Assembly (NCBI GenBank): GCA_049975205.1 | Contig: JBNGDL010000003.1 | Span: 66,426-130,425 of the forward strand | DNA length: 64,000 bases | Direction of reading: 5' to 3' | Source: Anaerolineae bacterium | GTDB taxonomy: Bacteria > Chloroflexota > Anaerolineae > B4-G1 > SLSP01 | In this document: one piece after another, positions 57,453-64,000 of the stretch | Position numbering within the stretch: the first letter of the stretch is position 1 | Layout of the letters: each line of letters begins with the position of its first letter | Program-made: the position numbers and the translations under genes | Notes under the pieces: generated by a model | What the model saw: only the letters and a program-made list of their open reading frames with translations | Told to the model about the DNA's origin: nothing | Databases searched by the model: none

Positions 57453-58394
57453 TTACGCTTGGGCATATGATCGCTCAACTCCCGGCAGCGCCAACGCAAT
57501 GCGGTGGTCGTCCGGGGTGATATCTAAGATGCGCACTTTGATCGAGTCCCCCGAGTTGTACGTGCTGTGGAGCTCTTCAGGGCAGGTCGCAGCCAACTCC
57601 GAAATGTGCAAGAGTCCCTCGATGCCGTCGAGGAGCTCGACAAAGACGCCAAAGCGCTCCACGCTGGCGATGGTCCCCGTTACCACGTCACCTGGCGAAA
57701 AGCTGTCCTCGACGCTGTCCCAGGGGTTGGGGCGAAGCCGCTTGAGGCTCAATCCAACCCGCTGGTGCTCGAGATCAACGTTGAGGATCTTCACCCGAAC
57801 CTTCTGACCAGGTCCGACGAAATCGCTGGGGTGCCGCACCCGCCCCCACGAGATCTCTGAGATATGCACCATACCCTCAAGAGGGCCAATGTCCACGAAA
57901 GCACCGAAGGGACGCACACTGGTGACCGTCCCCTCACAGGTGGCGCCAATGCACAACCAGTCGGGCCACTCCGGTTCCTCTAGTTCGCACTCGGCGACCT
58001 GACGTTCCGAGAGCAGGATCCGGTTTCGGGCCGGTTCGACCTCGATCAGACAGAGGCGCAGGGTCTTGCCCACGTAGTTCGCGAAGCATCCTTCCCGAGC
58101 GTCTGGATCTGCCGGGAAGGGATACTCGATCAAATGGGAGGCTGGGACAAAACACTCTATGTCCTTCCAGTGCGCGATTAGCCCTCCCCGATTGTAGCCG
58201 TCGATGGGTAGATGGATCACGGTATGGCGACGCTGCAACTCACGTGCCTCATCCCAGACCTCAAGCGGAACCGCGGGCACCTCGATCCACTCCCAGGCCT
58301 CCGGCCCACCGCCGACACTGACTGGCCCCTCCTCCAGTAGGGTCTCCCAGTATAGCTCGCATGGGGGGCAATATGGGGGAACATAATGGTCCAT
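57453..58394 (-). CDS. S1 RNA-binding domain protein with multiple S1 repeats
   Basis: Repeated S1 motifs (GTVTSVRPFGAFVDIG, GTIASVERFGVFVEL, VKILNVDLEHQRVGLSLK). Confidence 0.6.
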   Translation of the reverse strand: MDHYVPPYCPPCELYWETLLEEGPVSVGGGPEAWEWIEVPAVPLEVWDEARELQRRHTVIHLPIDGYNRGGLIAHWKDIECFVPASHLIEYPFPADPDAREGCFANYVGKTLRLCLIEVEPARNRILLSERQVAECELEEPEWPDWLCIGATCEGTVTSVRPFGAFVDIGPLEGMVHISEISWGRVRHPSDFVGPGQKVRVKILNVDLEHQRVGLSLKRLRPNPWDSVEDSFSPGDVVTGTIASVERFGVFVELLDGIEGLLHISELAATCPEELHSTYNSGDSIKVRILDITPDDHRIALALPGVERSYAQA

Positions 58395-58487
58395 TCAACA
58401 ACTCCTTGTCACAATATCTACGATTCTCGACCTTCCCGAAGATTCGTCGGTCCCCCTCTATTCGGTCCCTTGAGACGGTCTGCCAGG

Positions 58488-60353
58488 CTAGGAGTTCTGC
58501 GCTTCCCGTTCCATCTCCGCCAGGATGTTAGCCAGATTCTCGATAGCGACGCGCTGCTTACGGTAGAGGTCTGATTCACTTACTGCCAGGCGCATAGCAA
58601 CATGTCGTACCTTCTGGCCCCGCAGGAACTTCATCTCGAGGATATTGTATAATAACCATTCAGGAGCTGTCAACTTCCGCTCGCCCTCAGGACGCAATCG
58701 CTCAATTGCGTTAGCTAAGACGTCCCGCAGCCCCTTGACCACGTTGCCGTCATGGTCCGCCGCGGCTTGACGCACGATCTCGAGCTGCAAGAGAGGATTC
58801 TCGGTCAGGCGAGGACCGCCCCAATAGTGCGCGAGCGCATCGTGAACCCATTGCGGAAGCTCCGGCGATTGCACCAGGGAAAACCCCACCACAGATTCAC
58901 CGTCGTACCGGAGCATCCCGCCCCGCATCTGGATATCTCGAAGCTCGGGCAGCAGGGGGATAAACGCGTCAAAAACGACCTGCTGCAATCGCCGATCTGC
59001 AAGCGCAGCCGAGGCCTGCATCAATAACTGGTCCAGCCGCCCCTGGGGCTCATCCGCCAAAGGCGTGACGATCTCTGGCGAGCGCAAGCCGACCATTCCC
59101 AGGAGATCGCTCCCGGTCTTGTCCCGAAGCGGCACGATCCAGTATCCATCCCAGTGGATGAAGTCATCCTCCTCCTGGGTCTGGATGACGTCCGTCAGGG
59201 GGATGTCGGCGATTTCCTCCTGAGACATGGAGAGATCGCACCAGACCTCCCAGTGGAGCTTGCCCTCTTCAAGGATTGCCAGGAAGCCACCGCTACTGCG
59301 CATCAACTCACAAATCGCAGCCAGTACGTTCTCCAGGAATTGCTGGAGGTCGGCGGTGGTCAGCAGACGCTGGCTCAGTTCCTGCACCCGGCTCACCTCG
59401 ACGGCACCGCTGCGGTACAGAGCGAGGTCAATCAGCGGTTTGAGCAACTCAATCCCCAGTTGCGCCAGGATGATGGCGACGGCCAATGCAACCAGGGAGA
59501 GCGTAAAGGGTGCCAGACCAAGGGCGGGCTCGAGATTGAGGCCAATGCCGAATACGACCAGCCCGACGATTGCCGTCACGGGGCCGCGAAGCAGGAACCT
59601 TACCATTCTATGCTTGATCACCCGATCCGGCATTAGGGTGCCAAAGAAGGCAACACTGTAGGCAACCAGTGCTAACATAGCGCCTACGGCGAAATTACCC
59701 ACGATGAGGAAGGTGTGGAGCACGGCATTGGGGAGATCAGCAGGCCAGCCGACCAGTAGCAAATAAGGGAACACGCCCATTGCGGGTGCCACAAACCCAA
59801 TCGACAGATAAGCCATGCGGCGGCGGGCCGTCCGCGTGTAGCATCGCTGGCGCGCAAAGAGCGTCTCTTGAAGTCCCCATAGCGCTACCAGGGCGAAGAC
59901 AACGGCAAAGGGATAGAAGAGCGGGCCGGGTTGGAGATGGTAAGCCCCAGCCGCTTGGATGTCGCCTCGGACAATCAGCGTGCTGCGCAACGCCAGAAGG
60001 GCGACGATGGCGCCCAGACCGAAACTGAGGGGTCGCAACCACGCGGGAAAATGGTCCCGGAGCACCGATAGGCGAATGGCGCGGACAAACTCCAGATAGA
60101 GGGGGGGCGTGAAAGCGATGCCGATCCACTGCATGCGGAGCAGGAACTCGGCAGGCTCGGCTCCCGAGATATTCGTGAGCAGCAGGTCTGACAGGTAGAC
60201 CACAATCACGCAGCCTAACAATCCCACAAAGGTCCGCGCGACGCGACTCCCGCGGTTGTAGAAGAGCAGGTACAGCGCCAGTGCCAGCGCCGTGGCCCCC
60301 ACGCCGGCGGTCAGGACGTCGTTAGCCCTGCTGAGGAAGTGTAGCCAATTCAT
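58488..60353 (-). CDS. Membrane sensor protein: N-terminal 7-8 TM domain, central GAF-like domain, C-terminal helix-turn-helix-like region
   Basis: 621 aa. About eight hydrophobic helices in the first 280 aa. No H-box or HATPase. The C-terminus (EWLLYNILEMKFLRGQKVRHVAMRLAVSESDLYRKQRVAIENLANIL) is HTH-like. Confidence 0.45.
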   Translation of the reverse strand: MNWLHFLSRANDVLTAGVGATALALALYLLFYNRGSRVARTFVGLLGCVIVVYLSDLLLTNISGAEPAEFLLRMQWIGIAFTPPLYLEFVRAIRLSVLRDHFPAWLRPLSFGLGAIVALLALRSTLIVRGDIQAAGAYHLQPGPLFYPFAVVFALVALWGLQETLFARQRCYTRTARRRMAYLSIGFVAPAMGVFPYLLLVGWPADLPNAVLHTFLIVGNFAVGAMLALVAYSVAFFGTLMPDRVIKHRMVRFLLRGPVTAIVGLVVFGIGLNLEPALGLAPFTLSLVALAVAIILAQLGIELLKPLIDLALYRSGAVEVSRVQELSQRLLTTADLQQFLENVLAAICELMRSSGGFLAILEEGKLHWEVWCDLSMSQEEIADIPLTDVIQTQEEDDFIHWDGYWIVPLRDKTGSDLLGMVGLRSPEIVTPLADEPQGRLDQLLMQASAALADRRLQQVVFDAFIPLLPELRDIQMRGGMLRYDGESVVGFSLVQSPELPQWVHDALAHYWGGPRLTENPLLQLEIVRQAAADHDGNVVKGLRDVLANAIERLRPEGERKLTAPEWLLYNILEMKFLRGQKVRHVAMRLAVSESDLYRKQRVAIENLANILAEMEREAQNS

Positions 60354-60375
60354 ACTCTATCAGTCAAGTCTGCCG

Positions 60376-60906
60376 CTATCGAAGGCGCTGCCGGAAGAAA
60401 AGCGCCACTTCCTGACCGGGCCAGTAGGCATCCTGGAAACCGCAGAAGCCAAATCGATGCTTCATCGCGAAACTGATGGCTGGGAAGGCCTTTAAGGGGC
60501 AGACCAGGACCAACTGCTCAACCCGCTGACGGAGACACCACTCCGTCGCACGCTCGAGCAGCGCTGTTGCCACGCCCTGGCGTCGATGTTCCGGCGCTAC
60601 CGCGAGGTCCGTAATGCGCGCCTGATGCCGAGCCAGATCGAGATCCAGACCAAGATATCCGATGATCTCGCGGTGTTCGATAGCGACCCAGAAGCTATCC
60701 CGTTTCTGCCAGCTCTTCATCAGCCTCTCGTCGGGGGCTGAGGGGCGGATGCGGAGGGTGCGCGGCAACCGAATCTCACGGAAGGAGATACGCCATTCGC
60801 CCGAGCTCTGATGCTCGTCCATCTGCCACGCAGAATCGGTTTCATAAGACAAATCCACATTCAGACAAGCTTCCCAATCCTCGTCGCGCACAGTACGCAC
60901 AAGCAT
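60376..60906 (-). CDS. GNAT-family N-acetyltransferase
   Basis: Acetyl-CoA-binding motif RRQGVATALLERA. Confidence 0.75.
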   Translation of the reverse strand: MLVRTVRDEDWEACLNVDLSYETDSAWQMDEHQSSGEWRISFREIRLPRTLRIRPSAPDERLMKSWQKRDSFWVAIEHREIIGYLGLDLDLARHQARITDLAVAPEHRRQGVATALLERATEWCLRQRVEQLVLVCPLKAFPAISFAMKHRFGFCGFQDAYWPGQEVALFFRQRLR

Positions 60907-60918
60907 GGTTGCCTCCTT

Positions 60919-61680
60919 CTATTCGGTCTCTGACGAAACGATATTCACGGGGATTGTACAGGTCGCGGTATTCCCGTAGATGTCCACGACCACGAGCTGG
61001 AACCGATATGGGGTCCCTGGTGGATAGCGCGTTTGATCCGATATATCCCAAGAACCCAGAACGCCGTTTTCCACGGACGTGTCATACTGCGCCACGAAGT
61101 TGGGCGTGTTCGAGCCTGGAAAGATGACCTCGAAACGGTAGTATGAGAAGGCGTTCACGCTCGCCGTGCCCAGTATCTCTACGACGCCCGACAGGTCGCT
61201 GCCCGCCACGGGGAAGGTCAGTTGCGCGCCCGGATCAGGGCAGTCAGGCTGTAGCATCTCGGGTGGCACCGGTGTCGCCTCTGGCAGCGGCGTGATCGTT
61301 CCTAAGGGCTCTGGGGCTGAGACTACCACCTGGGTCAGCGCTTCTGAAGCCGCTAAGGCTGAATCGGGTACGCTTGGTGCTGGCGTAAGCGTAAAGAGCC
61401 CGCTGTTCGGCGTGATGGTAGGAGTGCTGTTGCCCTGGACGGGCGGAATCCAGAAGACACTGATGGTGAACACGGTCCCGGCTAGGGCCAAGAAGAGCGC
61501 CGCAACAAACCACGCGCGCGCCATGCGTTGATGATAGACCTCACGCTCTAGCGTGAATTGCGCGATGTCCCGTTGGCGCTTAGCCAGGATCGCCGAGATG
61601 ACATAGCCTAACGCACCAATCAGACAGATCAGCGAAACCCAGATGACCTGCTGACTGAGCCACTCCAGAATGACGCTCAT
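60919..61680 (-). CDS. Hypothetical membrane-anchored extracytoplasmic protein
   Basis: Two N-terminal TM helices, a Pro/Thr-rich linker and a beta-rich C-terminal domain. Confidence 0.4.
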   Translation of the reverse strand: MSVILEWLSQQVIWVSLICLIGALGYVISAILAKRQRDIAQFTLEREVYHQRMARAWFVAALFLALAGTVFTISVFWIPPVQGNSTPTITPNSGLFTLTPAPSVPDSALAASEALTQVVVSAPEPLGTITPLPEATPVPPEMLQPDCPDPGAQLTFPVAGSDLSGVVEILGTASVNAFSYYRFEVIFPGSNTPNFVAQYDTSVENGVLGSWDISDQTRYPPGTPYRFQLVVVDIYGNTATCTIPVNIVSSETE

Positions 61681-62519
61681 AGCCTCCTTAGGACGCCTCG
61701 GATAACCGTCTCCAGGCGTGGCACGATCGTCTTCCCTGCCTCCAGGACCTCTTCATGATCTGGTCCTGGTGCACCTTCCTCACCCGATAGCGTGTTGGTG
61801 ATGCTCGAACATCCTAGGACGCGGAGGCCACTGTGACGGGCCGTGATCACCTCTGGCACCGTGGACATTCCCACGGCGTCCGCACCGATGGCCCGCAGAA
61901 AGCGCACGTCGGCTGGCGTCTCGAAGTTGGGTCCCCCAAGACAGATGTAGACGCCCTCCTGGAAGGGGACCTTGGCTTCCAAGGCGATCTCCCTGGCCAG
62001 CTTCCGCAGCTCGGGATCGTAGGCCTCGTTCATATTCGGAAACCGAGGGCCAAACGCCTCCAGATTAGGGCCCCGAAGGGGCGATAGACCGGCCATGCCG
62101 ATCAGGTTGATGTGGTCGCGGATGAACATGATCTCACCTGGATGGTAAGCCATATTCAGCCCGCCGGCCGCATTTGTGACGATCAGGATCTCGGCGCCAA
62201 GCTGTGTCATCACGCGGACCGGGAGCCCGATGGTGGCCATGCTGTAGCCTTCGTAGTAATGGGCTCGACCCTGCATCACGACCACGTCCTTGCCCTCAAG
62301 AGCCCCGAGAACCAGTTGCCCCTGGTGACCTTTCACCGTGGAGACAGGGAAGTGGGGGATCTCCGAGAACCCGATTGTGACGGCGCCGGTCACGGCCTCA
62401 GCTAAGGGACTGAGGCCCGATCCCAATATCATCGCGACGCGAGGCTTGAGGTCGGTGTGTTGTCGCACGGCCTCTGTCGCATCTTGTATCGCGTCCATCC
62501 TCATAAACTCATCCATCGT
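61677..62519 (-). CDS. punA: Purine nucleoside phosphorylase (PNP family 1, PunA/XapA-like)
   Basis: PRVAMILGSGL...GHQGQLVLGALEGKDVVVMQGRAHYYEGY...LIVTNAAGGLN...GMSTVPEV. The start is probably internal, at 62504-62519, relative to ORF-track 62582. Confidence 0.85.
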   Translation of the reverse strand, partial: TMDEFMRMDAIQDATEAVRQHTDLKPRVAMILGSGLSPLAEAVTGAVTIGFSEIPHFPVSTVKGHQGQLVLGALEGKDVVVMQGRAHYYEGYSMATIGLPVRVMTQLGAEILIVTNAAGGLNMAYHPGEIMFIRDHINLIGMAGLSPLRGPNLEAFGPRFPNMNEAYDPELRKLAREIALEAKVPFQEGVYICLGGPNFETPADVRFLRAIGADAVGMSTVPEVITARHSGLRVLGCSSITNTLSGEEGAPGPDHEEVLEAGKTIVPRLETVIRGVLRRL

Positions 62520-62595
62520 TGCCCTCCTGTATCTGTTGGAGCTTGGCGTTCGCGACACCGCCTCAGCCCGCCGCTTCTCCATCCATGCCTGGTCC

Positions 62596-63540
62596 CTAGC
62601 TCTCTTGCGTCGCTTGGACTGGACCCGGGAAGGGGTCGGAGTCCGAGAAATGAGCTCTTGGGTGGGCCCGGTCGTATACGTCGCGTCGCCGACGACTAGA
62701 GACTTCGGTATAGATCTGTGTGGTGGTGATGCTTGCGTGTCCCAGGAGCTGCTGAACCTCTCGTAACTCGGCGCCTCCCTCCAGGAGATGTGTCGCGAAT
62801 GTGTGTCGCAGCGTGTGAGGCGTCACCCAAGCTGGCAGTGCAGCTGCCTCTGCATAGTGTTGCACCAGGAGCCAGAGGCCCTGGCGCGTCAAAGGATTGC
62901 CCAAGTTGTTCAAGAACAAGGTCCGCTCCGCACTGTCGCGGAGCAGAAAAGGACGACCCTCCTCCAGGTAATGCTGGAGCGCCCGCACCGCTCCCTCATA
63001 GAGTGGGACAATGCGTTCCTTACGCCGTTTGCCGAAGCATCGCACCAATCTCGCGCCAAGATCGATGTCACCAATTCGGACACCGATGATCTCGCTGGCC
63101 CGCATGCCCGTGGCATACAGCAGTTCCAGGATCGCTCGATCCCGCAGGGCCAAGGCCGATGTTTCCTTAGAAGCCGCCGCCAACAGCTCGTCGACCTGCT
63201 GCCTGGACAAGACATGGGGCAGCCGCTTCTCTGCCTTGGGCTGGCGCAGCCAGTCCAATAGATCTGCCTCGATCAAGCCCTCAGCGTGCAAGAACTTGAG
63301 AAAGGCTCGCACCGCCGCCACTTTGCGGGCGACCGTCGAATCCTTGTAGCCTCTCTCCTGAAGGCTCGTTACGAAGGTGCCCAGCTCTTCGGGTGCCAGT
63401 TCCTCAATGTCCGATGACTCGGTTTCTTCAAGAAACGCCAGAAACTGGTCCAGATCACGCCCATAGGCAGCAAGGGTATTAGGTGAGTATCCGCGCTCGA
63501 ACTTCAGATGATGCAGGAATCTATCCGCGTATGTATTCAT
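62596..63540 (-). CDS. xerC: Tyrosine recombinase XerC/XerD
   Basis: N-terminal core-binding domain. Catalytic R...HxxR...Y (HTLRHTFATHLL...GHASITTTQIYTEV). Confidence 0.85.
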   Translation of the reverse strand: MNTYADRFLHHLKFERGYSPNTLAAYGRDLDQFLAFLEETESSDIEELAPEELGTFVTSLQERGYKDSTVARKVAAVRAFLKFLHAEGLIEADLLDWLRQPKAEKRLPHVLSRQQVDELLAAASKETSALALRDRAILELLYATGMRASEIIGVRIGDIDLGARLVRCFGKRRKERIVPLYEGAVRALQHYLEEGRPFLLRDSAERTLFLNNLGNPLTRQGLWLLVQHYAEAAALPAWVTPHTLRHTFATHLLEGGAELREVQQLLGHASITTTQIYTEVSSRRRRDVYDRAHPRAHFSDSDPFPGPVQATQES

Positions 63541-63699
63541 AAAGGTAAATGACCACCTTCATTATACCTTTTCGGCCCTTGCCGCCAACCCAACACCCCT
63601 TCGACCCCTTGTCCGTGCGCTGAACTGGGCTGCCCTGGGCCTAGCACGAGGGTGCTGTGCGTCAGACTAAGCCGAGCCACAGAGGGAATCACCTGCGCG

Positions 63700-64000
63700 T
63701 TACGCCAGCATAGAGAGCGTGTGAGAGGTCCTGCTTTGGAGACCGATGGCCTCCTGATGCCTGAGGGCTTCGCTCCAGAGGGCCTGCGCGATCTGCTCCG
63801 TGGCAAAAGGACGTGCTAGCGCCTGGGATCGTCGGGCCATGGAGGCGCGAGCACTAGGGTTATTCAAGAGTTCCATCACCGCCTGGGCGGCCAAGCGAGG
63901 CAGAGGCGCCCAGATGCCAGCGCCGTTCTCTACCACGTGGTCCACGTTCCCAGCTTCCTGACCGGGCAGGGCGGTGTAAAGGACCAGGGGTAGGCCTGGA
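63700..64000 (-). CDS. Partial CDS: C-terminal part of a GT28-like glycosyltransferase (MGDG-synthase/UgtP-like), N-terminus beyond the window
   Basis: The frame is open to the window end. ...GLPLVLYTALPGQEAGNVDHVVENGAGIWA... resembles the C-terminal UDP-sugar-binding region of GT28 lipid glycosyltransferases. Confidence 0.45.
   Translation of the reverse strand, partial: PGLPLVLYTALPGQEAGNVDHVVENGAGIWAPLPRLAAQAVMELLNNPSARASMARRSQALARPFATEQIAQALWSEALRHQEAIGLQSRTSHTLSMLA

Noticed and set aside
50064-63540. tRNA-Met and a tyrosine recombinase 12 kb away, read as a tRNA-targeted integrative element
   Set aside because: The recombinase has XerC/D-type architecture and sits beside ftsK, PNP and other housekeeping genes. 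I saw no direct repeat of the tRNA 3' end and no phage or transposon genes. It is more likely the chromosome-dimer-resolution system.
1-64000. CRISPR arrays, transposases, toxin-antitoxin or other defence systems
   Set aside because: I saw no regularly spaced direct repeats, no cas-like genes, no inverted-repeat-bounded transposase ORFs, and no small paired ORFs with TA-like features. This was an inspection by eye without repeat-finding tools, so short or degenerate repeats could have been missed.

Overview
This is a high-GC window (about 65% GC) from a bacterial chromosome. Gene content suggests Chloroflexota or a similar thermophile: 7TM sensor domains, membrane-anchored exoproteins with Pro/Thr-rich linkers, apparent leaderless starts and a Hox-type hydrogenase. 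This taxonomic call is an inference.

Genes are densely packed on both strands, and the six-frame track contains many long spurious antisense ORFs, as expected at this GC content.

The main locus spans about 23.9-42.9 kb on the + strand. It is a soluble group-3 (Hox-type) [NiFe] hydrogenase: NuoE/NuoF/NuoG-like diaphorase subunits, the small and large subunits, a maturation endopeptidase, and a complete hypA-B-F-C-D-E set. It is preceded by a DRTGG / CBS-HATPase / DRTGG / PHP / NuoE / HATPase / 2Fe-2S ferredoxin / HydB-like NuoF cassette. That cassette normally accompanies electron-bifurcating [FeFe] hydrogenases, so the locus carries two NuoE-NuoF flavoprotein pairs feeding one [NiFe] catalytic core. 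I rate this the most interesting feature.

Other content:
- Housekeeping genes: RNase PH, ribosomal protein L19, NAD kinase, HisRS, an initiator-type tRNA-Met with a terminator, FtsK, XerC/D and purine nucleoside phosphorylase.
- Secreted S8 and M14 peptidases next to an OmpR-type regulator.
- A fused ABC ATPase-permease next to an NTP_transf_5-like protein.
- Sugar and compatible-solute genes: sucrose-phosphate synthase with a fructokinase, trehalose synthase with a sugar-nucleotidyltransferase, and a sugar ABC transporter with a GH94 phosphorylase behind a long structured leader.

I found no CRISPR array, transposase or recognisable defence system. All product calls rest on motif recognition by eye, not on database searches.
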